A stretch of 64,000 nt of DNA from Desulfuromonadales bacterium. Its GTDB lineage: Bacteria > Desulfobacterota > Desulfuromonadia > Desulfuromonadales > JAHYIW01. Within the stretch, counting starts at the first letter, position 1. Each line of letters starts with the position of its first letter. The translations under genes and the position numbers were made by a program. The DNA is taken from contig JARGFI010000011.1 in the NCBI GenBank assembly GCA_029210745.1, forward strand, positions 72-64,071, in the 5' to 3' direction. Positions 19,398-27,798 of this stretch are shown here, piece by piece. The notes below the pieces were generated by a model. The model had not been told where the DNA came from. It saw only the letters and a program-made list of their open reading frames with translations, and did not search any database.

Positions 19398-20053
19398 CCC
19401 CTTGTGCCGTTGTCGTGCAGCGCTTTTATCACGGCAGCATAATCATCCGCACTGAACACCGCACTCCCGGCCACAAAAACATCCGCCCCGGCAGCCGCAA
19501 TGGTAGCGATATTGTCGACCTTGACCCCGCCGTCGACTTCCAGCTCGATCGATCGACCACGCCGGTCGATTTCACCCCGCAGCGCGGTAATCTTCTCCAA
19601 CCCGGAAGGAATGAAACTTTGCCCACCAAAGCCGGGATTCACGGTCATCACCAACACCAGATCCAGATCGTCAAGAATCACGTCGAGCGTGCTGACCGGA
19701 GTTGCCGGGTTGATCGCTACCCCCGCCCGCTTGCCGCAACTTTTAATCAACTGCACTGTGCGGTGCAAATGTGCCGTCGCCTCCTGATGAACGACAATGA
19801 TATCGGCGCCCGCTTCGGCAAAATCAGGAATATAGCGATCAGGATTCTCGATCATCAGATGAACGTCCAGAGGCAGGCGGGTCACCTTGCGCGCGGCGCT
19901 GACGATAAGCGGACCGATAGTGATGTTCGGCACGAAATGACCGTCCATGACATCGATATGAATATAATCAGCACCGGCGGCTTCAACCGCCTTGATTTCT
20001 TCGCCGAGACGGGAAAAATCGGCAGACAGGATGGACGGGGCAATTTTAACCAT
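19394..20053 (-). CDS. rpe: Ribulose-phosphate 3-epimerase
   Basis: [32 protein letters not shown]. Confidence 0.95.
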   Translation of the reverse strand: MVKIAPSILSADFSRLGEEIKAVEAAGADYIHIDVMDGHFVPNITIGPLIVSAARKVTRLPLDVHLMIENPDRYIPDFAEAGADIIVVHQEATAHLHRTVQLIKSCGKRAGVAINPATPVSTLDVILDDLDLVLVMTVNPGFGGQSFIPSGLEKITALRGEIDRRGRSIELEVDGGVKVDNIATIAAAGADVFVAGSAVFSADDYAAVIKALHDNGTRG

Positions 20054-20266
20054 AGGGACTCCATAGAAAAGTTAGGGTGATCCCCTTTTAGCAGATTTCA
20101 GGAGGGAGCTAAAGGGTTTTTCAGAAAAGAGGGGGCCTTTTTCAAGCAAATGTCCCCCAGTGAACAACGGTCAGCAGTCACACAGCAAATAAACCGCGAC
20201 TTGACCGAGATTGAACGGAAGGAAACGGCCATGTTGTCGACCAACAATCCTTTTCCAACGTGCCCC

Positions 20267-20295
20267 TTGCATAGTCCTGGCGAATCGGGGATAAT
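20267..20295 (+). promoter_or_regulatory. Candidate sigma70 promoter
   Basis: TTGCAT, a 17-nt spacer, then GATAAT, 50 nt upstream of the lapA-like gene. Confidence 0.5.
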
Positions 20296-20344
20296 TTACA
20301 CGATACTACAGAATAATTGCTGCCAAACTTTCAAGGAAATACAC

Positions 20345-20569
20345 ATGAAGCAAACAAAGTTGTTCGTCAGTCTGATCCTGCTTGGTGTGGTGCTGCTCTT
20401 CGTTGTGCAGAATCTCGCCGCCGTCGAACTGACTTTTCTTGTCTGGAGCGTTTCGCTCTCGCAGGCTCTGCTGCTTTTGCTTGTCTTCGTTTGCGGCCTG
20501 ACCATCGGTGTACTCTTGACCACCCTGGCCGGACGCAAAACAAAGCGCACGCCGCCGGATAAATACTGA
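20345..20569 (+). CDS. LapA-domain (DUF1049) small inner-membrane protein
   Basis: 74 aa with two TM helices (LFVSLILLGVVLLFVVQN...LLLLLVFVCGLTIGVLL) and a basic tail; AAGGA RBS. Confidence 0.65.
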   Translation: MKQTKLFVSLILLGVVLLFVVQNLAAVELTFLVWSVSLSQALLLLLVFVCGLTIGVLLTTLAGRKTKRTPPDKY

Positions 20570-20666
20570 AACGTTGCGACCAGACAGGAATGCCGCCGAG
20601 TCCGGGTTCCCGCTGGTCCCCCTTACCAACTGCGCTAAATCAAAATCCACTCCAGGGAGAACTGTG

Positions 20667-20951
20667 ATGCTCCAGGCCGATCAAGCCCGAACCTTTCGTG
20701 CTTTTTACGATTCCGCCCGCGCCGCCGGGCTCGATGTCAAAACCACCACGCTGGTCGGTCTGGCGGCAGCCTTGACCGCCGGGTGCTTTCCCTGAGCGGA
20801 GCACTACCTTGGCGTGGCCAGGGACAACGGGATTACCGAGCAGGAAATCAGCGCCGTGCAGGCGCTGGCCATGGCGGTCTCCGCCGGGCGAATCAACGCG
20901 CAGATGCGGGAGATTGAAACCCACATGAAGGAAAAAACAGGCAACACATGA
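20667..20951 (+). CDS. AhpD/carboxymuconolactone-decarboxylase-family protein with in-frame UGA (probable selenocysteine, C-F-P-U motif)
   Basis: ORF MLQADQ...LDVKTTTLVGLAAALTAGCFP stops at TGA 20793-20795. The same frame continues AEHYLGVARDNGITEQEISAVQALAMAVSAGRINAQMREIETHMKEKTGNT to TGA 20949-20951. The UGA falls where the second Cys of the family CxxC motif lies, and a hairpin lies 14 nt downstream. Confidence 0.65.
20807..20823 (+). promoter_or_regulatory. Candidate bacterial SECIS hairpin
   Basis: CCUUGGC-gug-GCCAGGG (7 bp including one G-U pair) starts 14 nt after UGA 20793. Folded by eye only. Confidence 0.4.
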
Positions 20952-21066
20952 ACACGTGTCAGAGATTCACCGCGCGCGACACGTTTTCCCGTGCCGGTGC
21001 CCACGATGGCGAACGGCTCGCGACCTTTACCGGCACTGTTTTCCGCAAGACGAAACGACATCCGGG

Positions 21067-21594
21067 ATGAGCATCGATGTCCGTGCCATCCGTTACTGTC
21101 CGCGCTGCACCTCGGCAAACTACACGTTTCTCGATGACCGCCGCTGGCGCTGCGCCACCTGTGACCTGGTCTACTACCACAATATTGCCGCCGCCTGTGC
21201 GGTCATCCTCACCCGCGGCGACCAACTTCTGCTGACCTTGCGCAAAAGCGATCCCGGCGCGGGGCTGCTCGATCTTCCGGGCGGCTTTGTCGACCCCGAC
21301 GAAAGCGTCGAGGCAGCGGTCATCCGCGAAGTTCACGAAGAGCTCGGCATAGTCATCGATACTCCGCGTTATTTCGCCTCTTATCAGAATCGTTATTACT
21401 TTCGTGAAATCGAATACCGCACCCTTGATCTGATCTTCACCGCCAGCGTGCCGGAAGGTGCTGCACCGGTTGCGGCGGACGATGTTGCAGAGGTTGTCGT
21501 GGTCAGGCCCGAGGATATCGATTTCGAGAAGATCGCTTTCGCGTCAATTCGACAGGCATTGCAAGATTTTCCGGGAGATAAATTCCGTCATTAA
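21067..21594 (+). CDS. NUDIX hydrolase with N-terminal zinc ribbon (NudC-like)
   Basis: CPRC...CATC zinc ribbon and Nudix box GGFVDPDESVEAAVIREVHEELG. Confidence 0.8.
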   Translation: MSIDVRAIRYCPRCTSANYTFLDDRRWRCATCDLVYYHNIAAACAVILTRGDQLLLTLRKSDPGAGLLDLPGGFVDPDESVEAAVIREVHEELGIVIDTPRYFASYQNRYYFREIEYRTLDLIFTASVPEGAAPVAADDVAEVVVVRPEDIDFEKIAFASIRQALQDFPGDKFRH

Positions 21595-21613
21595 TGGCTC
21601 TTCTGTTGCCTCG

Positions 21614-23446
21614 TTAAACCTGCTGACTATGAAAAAAAGCAAAAACCTCCCGCGCCGTCGTCTCCGGCAACCCCGCCACCGCCAGCAGCTCTGCCAACTG
21701 TGCCGCACGGATTTTCTTGACGCTGCCGAACTGTTTCAACAACAACTTGCGTCGCGCCGCGCCGATGCCGGGGATATCCTCCAGCGTTGATTGCAATGCC
21801 GCCTTGCCGCGCAATTGACGGTGGTGCGTAATCGCAAAGCGGTGAGCTTCATCGCGGAGTCGTTCGAGGAGAAAAAGCACTGCTGAGCCCTGCCGTAGAG
21901 TGACCGGGTTTTTGCGGCCGGGGAGAAAAAAACGTTCCTCACTCCGTTCAACCGCCTTGCCGCGCACATTGGCCCGCACCCGACTCTTGGCCATCCCGAC
22001 CACCGCCACCCGCCCGAGCAGGCCGAGTTCTTCAAGCACCGCAACGACCGCACCGAGCTGCCCCTTGCCGCCGTCGATCAACAACAGATCGGGGAGTACA
22101 CCCTCTTCGATACCGCGCCGCAAACGCCGCCGCAACACCTCGCCAAGCGCGGCAAAATCATCGGCGCCACTAATCTCACGGATGCGATAATGACGATAGG
22201 CGCTTTTTTCCGGCTCGCCATTGATAACCACCGCCATGCTGCCGACATTGAAACTCCCCTGAATATTGGAGATATCAAAACACTCGATGCGCGTCGGCAG
22301 CACAGGGAGATGAAAACGGGCCGCCAGATCGTTCAGCAGCGTGGTACGTGCCGCGCGACGACTGCCGCGTTCGCGCTGCGCCTCGCTGGCATTGCGCGCT
22401 GCCAGCTGCACCAGTTCGGCCCGAGGGCCACGTTGCGGGGCCAAAAGAGTGACCTTGCGCCCGCGACGTTCGGACAACCATTCGCCCAGTGTGGCGCTGT
22501 CGGAAGGGAGAAAGGGCAGCAAAATTTCGCCGGGAATCAAGACCTCACGCGCGTAGAATTCGCGCAGAAAGGAGGAGAGCAGTTCATCCTCATCGAGTCG
22601 CCAGTCAAGATTAAAATCGCGCCGGTCGAGCAACTTCCCCTGACGAACGCAGAGTAGCGCAATCTCCACCTCCCCCCCTTCACGATGCAGTCCCACCACA
22701 TCGCGATCACCACCGGCGGCAATCACCACCTTCTGTTGCTCAACCGATTTGTTGATCGCCCGAATCTGATCACGCAACGCCCCGGCATCCTCATAGCGCA
22801 ACTCCTGCGCGGCACGCGTCATCCGCCGCTGTAAATCGGCCAGCACTTCACTTTCCCGACCGCCGAGCAGTGCGATCACCCCGTCCACCAGCTTGCGGTA
22901 ATCCGGCGCAGAAATTTTTCCGTGACAGGGGCCACTGCACTGATCGAGTTGAAAATAAAGACAGGGGCGCCCGCGCCGTCGACAGGTCGCCAGATCATGC
23001 TGGCGCAGCGGAAAGACCTGGCGCAGCGTCTTCAGGGTGGAGCGAATCGCCCCGGTTGAGGAATACGGACCAAAATAGAGCGCTCCGTCATTCACCACCC
23101 GCCGGGTCAGGTTGACCGTGGGGAATTCCTCGTTCAGGTCGATGCGCAGCGACAGGTAGGTTTTGTCATCACGCAGATCGATGTTATAACGCGGGCGATG
23201 TTCCTTGATGAGGAGGTTTTCAAGGATCAGCGCCTCTTTCTCGGTATCGGTGACAATGGTGTCGATCGTTGCAACCCGCGCCATCAGAAAACGAATATGG
23301 CCGCGTCCGTCCCCTGCCGCGGAAAAATAACCGCGCAGACGATTGCGCAGCCGCTTCGCCTTGCCGACATAAAGCACTTGCCCGTCGCTGCCCCGCATCA
23401 GATAAACCCCCGGTGCTGCCGGGTATTTGCTGGATTGAAAATCCAT
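21614..23446 (-). CDS. uvrC: Excinuclease ABC subunit C
   Basis: GIY-YIG N-terminus (PGVYLM..G.VLYVGKA), UVR domain, and C-terminal (HhH)2 IPGIGAARRKLLLKQFGS. Confidence 0.95.
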   Translation of the reverse strand: MDFQSSKYPAAPGVYLMRGSDGQVLYVGKAKRLRNRLRGYFSAAGDGRGHIRFLMARVATIDTIVTDTEKEALILENLLIKEHRPRYNIDLRDDKTYLSLRIDLNEEFPTVNLTRRVVNDGALYFGPYSSTGAIRSTLKTLRQVFPLRQHDLATCRRRGRPCLYFQLDQCSGPCHGKISAPDYRKLVDGVIALLGGRESEVLADLQRRMTRAAQELRYEDAGALRDQIRAINKSVEQQKVVIAAGGDRDVVGLHREGGEVEIALLCVRQGKLLDRRDFNLDWRLDEDELLSSFLREFYAREVLIPGEILLPFLPSDSATLGEWLSERRGRKVTLLAPQRGPRAELVQLAARNASEAQRERGSRRAARTTLLNDLAARFHLPVLPTRIECFDISNIQGSFNVGSMAVVINGEPEKSAYRHYRIREISGADDFAALGEVLRRRLRRGIEEGVLPDLLLIDGGKGQLGAVVAVLEELGLLGRVAVVGMAKSRVRANVRGKAVERSEERFFLPGRKNPVTLRQGSAVLFLLERLRDEAHRFAITHHRQLRGKAALQSTLEDIPGIGAARRKLLLKQFGSVKKIRAAQLAELLAVAGLPETTAREVFAFFHSQQV

Positions 23447-23538
23447 CGTACTCCATAAGCGCAATTGCGTCCGTTAAGCGAAGATAACAACCCCTTGCGG
23501 CAGCTGTCAACACCTCGTGATTGCGACTGAAATAGTCC

Positions 23539-23566
23539 TTGTCGTTTCCAGGACATCCGCTATAAT
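23539..23566 (+). promoter_or_regulatory. Candidate sigma70 promoter
   Basis: TTGTCG, a 16-nt spacer, then TATAAT, 47 nt upstream of ATG 23613. Confidence 0.5.
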
Positions 23567-23612
23567 GGGCGTATTTCGTCTCAAACTACCCCTCGCTGGA
23601 GGACGCTATCAA

Positions 23613-24479
23613 ATGTTGCGAATTGCGTTTTACCTGATCTGTTGCCTGTTGTTGACGCCCCTGTTTGCGTTTGCCGACCCGACCCTGCTCGAAAAGGTCG
23701 CGCACACCTACGCCATCGGCCAAAAGGGACTCGACAACTACCAGGCAACCGTCACTACCGATCAGGTCGGGATCATGATCACCCGCATGACGACCAACAT
23801 GCCCGCCGATGCTCCCCGGCCACAGGTGCCGGAGCTGCGTAAATTCTGGAGCCGCGCGAGCGGGCGCACCGTCATCCTGCCGACAGCGAAAACGGTCTTC
23901 CCCACCATGAGCGAAATGATTCGTTACTTTTCGCGCGAATTCGCCATCGATCCGGGCACCCTCGTGCTGTCGGCAAGGGGTGCGAGCAAGCGTGCCGCGC
24001 TGCTGCAAAAGGCCGAAATCAAAACCTTCGAAACACGTATCGGCAGCGACCGGACCATCTCCATCACCGCACTATTCCGCGACGCTGTCGATGTGGGCAA
24101 CGCATTCTACACCGAGGGGTTGCCACTCCCCCGGACCAATATCAGCGAACTGGTTTTCGACATCGACCCGGACCGCAACATTCTACGCCGGATGGAAATC
24201 GTCGCCACCGGGACGTCGCGACTGATTTTTCAGCTGCGTCATCTCGAGATCGCCGGGAACCTGCTCCCCACGGAGGTTCATCTCACCACCGCGGATGGCG
24301 GCATCGATACCCGCCTGACCACCGAGTTTGTCAACGTCGGCGGGTTTTTGGTACCGGGGAAACAGGTGCGCAACGTCCGCACCCCGGATCGCAACGAACA
24401 CATGGAAGTCACTTTCAGTAACTATATCATCAACAAACCATTGCCGGAGCTTGCCATCCAGGCCCTCAATGGCCAGTAG
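23613..24479 (+). CDS. Exported protein of unknown function
   Basis: Signal peptide MLRIAFYLICCLLLTPLFAFA; GGAGGA RBS. I recognise no motif. Confidence 0.55.
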   Translation: MLRIAFYLICCLLLTPLFAFADPTLLEKVAHTYAIGQKGLDNYQATVTTDQVGIMITRMTTNMPADAPRPQVPELRKFWSRASGRTVILPTAKTVFPTMSEMIRYFSREFAIDPGTLVLSARGASKRAALLQKAEIKTFETRIGSDRTISITALFRDAVDVGNAFYTEGLPLPRTNISELVFDIDPDRNILRRMEIVATGTSRLIFQLRHLEIAGNLLPTEVHLTTADGGIDTRLTTEFVNVGGFLVPGKQVRNVRTPDRNEHMEVTFSNYIINKPLPELAIQALNGQ

Positions 24480-24509
24480 TTCATTGATCATTCTGATGGA
24501 GGATTTGCC

Positions 24510-25034
24510 TTGAACCCACTGTGGAGCAATATTTTCTCGAAAAAAAAGCAGGAAGAATCACTGGCTTTTTTTCTTGGCACTGTGCCGGTTTTCGCGGAAC
24601 TGAGCCCCAAGGAGTTGCATCAGCTCGAACGGCTGATGCACGCCCGTGACTACGCCCCGTTTGAAACCGTTTTCGAACAGGGCGATCCCGGCTCGGGCAT
24701 GTACGTCATCCGCTCGGGAAAAGTGCAGGTTTTCTCACGCAATATCAACAAGGAGGAAGAGGAGCTGGCGGTCCTTGGGCCAGGCGATTTTTTCGGCGAA
24801 ACGACCTTGACTGCTCCCGCCGCCCGCACCGCTTTCGTCCGGACCCTCGAACAAAGTGTACTGATCGGTCTGTTCCGTGCCGACCTGCTCGAAATGGTCC
24901 AGAAACAGGCCGACATCGCCAACAAGATCCTGATGATGCTCACCCGCATCATGAGTGAACGACTGCTCGCCTCGAATACCGAAATCATTCGGCTCAAAAC
25001 CGCGCTCGAAAATGTGAACCACCATGATGAGTAG
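24510..25034 (+). CDS. Cyclic-nucleotide-binding domain protein
   Basis: FEQGDPGSGMYVIRSGKVQV...LGPGDFFGE fits a cNMP-binding fold; TTG start with GGAGGA RBS. Confidence 0.8.
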   Translation: MNPLWSNIFSKKKQEESLAFFLGTVPVFAELSPKELHQLERLMHARDYAPFETVFEQGDPGSGMYVIRSGKVQVFSRNINKEEEELAVLGPGDFFGETTLTAPAARTAFVRTLEQSVLIGLFRADLLEMVQKQADIANKILMMLTRIMSERLLASNTEIIRLKTALENVNHHDE

Positions 25035-26160
25035 CCTACCGAACAGCAGCTCGCGCAAAGGATTCACCCGCGCACAACTGATTATTTTCTATCTGGTCAT
25101 GACGCTGTCACTGGCGACCGGCCTGGCGCTCTATACCTCGGCCACCAACATTATCAATCTGCTCAGGACCGCGACGGCGGGTCTTTTCCTCCCGGTCCTG
25201 TTGTCGCTTATCCTGACTTTTTTACTCGACCCACCGGTCCGTTACTTTGAACGCAAAGGCTTCAATCGCACCCTTGGCATATTCTTTGTCTACATACTGA
25301 TTGCCATCATCGCAACGTTACTGGCATTCTGGCTGATTCCCTACCTCGACGGAATGTGGTCTTCACTCAAAACCGACCTCCCCCGCTACACCGGAAAAAT
25401 TACCGGCCTGGTTAATGAGCTGCAAAACTATCTGATCAACAAGGCTCCCTACGTCACAGAATACGATCTGCCCGGAAAAGCCAAAGCATTGGCGCAGAGG
25501 ATCGCTGCCGACATTCTGGTTGAAACACCGAAATCGGCGCTGCTCATCGGCAGCCTGATGATTCTGGTACCACTCTTTTCGTTCTTTTTTTTACGCGACG
25601 GCCACGCCACCATCCGCAAATGCGTGGCGCTGACCCCCAACCGTCATTTTGAAATGGCGCACGACCTCTCGTTTCTGATCAGTCGGCAGCTCTCCGAGTT
25701 CATTCGCGGGCGGATCATCGAAGCCTTCATCGTCGGGCTGGTCGTCGCCATTGGACTGAGCATGACCGATATCCGTTACGCCCCGCTCCTCGGAGCGTTC
25801 GCCGGAATCACCAATCTGATCCCCTACGTCGGCCCGATCATCGGCATGGTCCCCGGCATTCTGATCGCTTTTGCCGATCTCGGTATCGGCGGCGAGTTCT
25901 GGTGGATTGTCTGCGTCTACATCCTCATCGCCCAGATCATTGTCGACAGTTTTATCCTCATCCCGATATTTATTTCGCGGGTTTCCAATCTGCACCCGTT
26001 CATCGTTATTGTCGCGATCATCATGGGGGGCAAATTGTCCGGCGTCATCGGCATGATTATCGGCGTGCCGGTCGCCAGTATCATCAAAATCGCCGTGCAG
26101 AGTATCATGCAGTACCGCCACAACTTCAGCTTGACGCGTGGCGAATACGAGCAGGAGTAG
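25024..26160 (+). CDS. AI-2E family transporter (PerM/UPF0118)
   Basis: Multi-TM protein with FFFLRDG and NLIPYVGPIIG family motifs. Confidence 0.85.
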   Translation: MMSSLPNSSSRKGFTRAQLIIFYLVMTLSLATGLALYTSATNIINLLRTATAGLFLPVLLSLILTFLLDPPVRYFERKGFNRTLGIFFVYILIAIIATLLAFWLIPYLDGMWSSLKTDLPRYTGKITGLVNELQNYLINKAPYVTEYDLPGKAKALAQRIAADILVETPKSALLIGSLMILVPLFSFFFLRDGHATIRKCVALTPNRHFEMAHDLSFLISRQLSEFIRGRIIEAFIVGLVVAIGLSMTDIRYAPLLGAFAGITNLIPYVGPIIGMVPGILIAFADLGIGGEFWWIVCVYILIAQIIVDSFILIPIFISRVSNLHPFIVIVAIIMGGKLSGVIGMIIGVPVASIIKIAVQSIMQYRHNFSLTRGEYEQE

Positions 26161-26193
26161 GATTTTTGATTTGACACAGAAGGAGAAGGCAGC

Positions 26194-26679
26194 ATGCCCA
26201 GTTTCGACATTGTATCAAAAGTCAACATGCAGGAAGTCGACAACGCCGTCAACCAGGCGATCAAGGAAGTTGAACAGCGCTATGATTTTAAAGGCACTCA
26301 CAATGAAATCGCCCTCGGCAAAGACGAACTGACCATCCTCGCCGCCGATGATTACAAACTGACCGCGATCAAGGACATCCTGATCAGCAAACTGGTCAAA
26401 CGCGGCGTCTCGGCACGCTGTTTTGACTACGGCAAGGAAGAACCCGCCTCGATGGGCGCGGTACGTCAGAAGGCAACGCTGGTACAGGGGATCAGCAAGG
26501 AAAAAGGGAAAGAGGTCATCAAGTTGATCAAGGAGAGCAAACTCAAGGTGCAGGCCCAGATCATGGACGATCAGGTGCGCGTCACCGGCAAAAAGATCGA
26601 CGATCTCCAGGAAGTGATTCAGCTGCTCAAGGGGAAAGATCTGGGCATTGAACTGCAATTTGAAAATATGCGTTCATAA
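26194..26679 (+). CDS. yajQ: YajQ family nucleotide / cyclic-di-GMP-binding protein (UPF0234)
   Basis: [34 protein letters not shown] is the highly conserved YajQ N-terminus. Confidence 0.9.
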   Translation: MPSFDIVSKVNMQEVDNAVNQAIKEVEQRYDFKGTHNEIALGKDELTILAADDYKLTAIKDILISKLVKRGVSARCFDYGKEEPASMGAVRQKATLVQGISKEKGKEVIKLIKESKLKVQAQIMDDQVRVTGKKIDDLQEVIQLLKGKDLGIELQFENMRS

Positions 26680-26703
26680 GCTTCCCCCCCGCAATAGCCA
26701 ACC

Positions 26704-26800
26704 CTTCGCGACAGGATGTCGCTCCCACAACAGCAATACCATCATCGCCGCCCCGCCCCGTCTCTGTGGGAGCGGCTTTCCTTTGTGGGAGCGGCTTCCA
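26704..26800. repeat. REP-like composite repeat, copy A (CTTCGCGACAGGATGTCGCTCCCACA ... TGTGGGAGCGGCTTTCC TTTGTGGGAGCGGCTTCCA)
   Basis: Direct repeat of 29725-29816. My hand alignment gives 4-5 substitutions plus one 5-nt indel. It contains inverted GCTCCCACA / TGTGGGAGC arms. Confidence 0.85.
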
Positions 26801-26892
26801 CAAAACAAAAAAATTTGGGTTCCGGTGTCATTTCCAGCGCCCGTCAGCGCGGCTCCGCCACGCGCTGCCAGCGCCTCCAATCACACCTCCAC

Positions 26893-27783
26893 CTAACCCC
26901 GGTCTTGAATGAGCAGGCGAAAGCCAAGGTAGTTGTAACGGTTGCCCGGAGCGCCCCCGTTCCGGTTCGACGCACGCACGAGCCTCGCTCCGCTGGTCCA
27001 GCTACCACCGCGGTGCACGCGGTCCGAGCCACCTGACGGACCCTGCGGATTCTGCCTGGGACTTTTAGCATAATAGCCGCTGTCGTACCAGTCCTGGCAC
27101 CACTCCCATACATTGCCAAGCATGTCGTGCAAACCAAACGCATTGGCTGCAAAACGTCCCACCGGGGCTGTTACAGCATAACCGTCATCGCAGTTGTGAA
27201 CTGTCCAGTTCGACCATTTTCTTTTCGCACTTTGGTCAGCTACATTCGCATTGCGACAGGCCTGATCCGGACTTTCACCCCACCAGCGTGCCGTTCGGGT
27301 CCCGGCACGGGCCGCATATTCCCACTCCGCCTCGGTCGGCAAACGGAAGCTCTTGCCGGTCTGACGCGACAACCACTTGGCGTACTCGGTCGCATCTTCC
27401 CAGCTGACATAGATTGCTGGCTGATCATCGCCGTTCAGACTATTTCCTCCGTAGTCCTTGCTGGTGTGCCCGGATTTGTATTTGCGATACTGTGCATTGG
27501 TCACCTCAAACTTCCCTATGGAGAATCCGTCAACACACACCTCATGCACCGGCCCCTCGTCACTGCCACGGTCTTTCTCATTTGCCGGGCTGCCCATCTG
27601 AAAACACCCGCCCGGTATCCTGACAAACTCCATCCCGGTGAGTGACTCCGTCCAACTACCGCTGCCGGAACCACCGCTGCGACTCATTTTTTCTCTGCTG
27701 GTGCGAAACTCTTTGATAAACCACGCCTGTGCCGGTTGAGACACGAGCATGAGAGTAAGAAAAAAAAGAAGTATGCGCTGCAT
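26893..27783 (-). CDS. Exported FGE-sulfatase/SUMF1-family domain protein lacking the catalytic cysteine pair
   Basis: Signal peptide MQRILLFFLTLMLVSQPAQA, SGGSGSGS linker, RLPTEAEWEYAARAG, HDMLGNVWEWCQDWY, RVHRGGSW. After GGSW the sequence is TSGARLVRASNR, with no Cys. Confidence 0.85.
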   Translation of the reverse strand: MQRILLFFLTLMLVSQPAQAWFIKEFRTSREKMSRSGGSGSGSWTESLTGMEFVRIPGGCFQMGSPANEKDRGSDEGPVHEVCVDGFSIGKFEVTNAQYRKYKSGHTSKDYGGNSLNGDDQPAIYVSWEDATEYAKWLSRQTGKSFRLPTEAEWEYAARAGTRTARWWGESPDQACRNANVADQSAKRKWSNWTVHNCDDGYAVTAPVGRFAANAFGLHDMLGNVWEWCQDWYDSGYYAKSPRQNPQGPSGGSDRVHRGGSWTSGARLVRASNRNGGAPGNRYNYLGFRLLIQDRG

Positions 27784-27798
27784 CGTCTGCCCCCCTTC

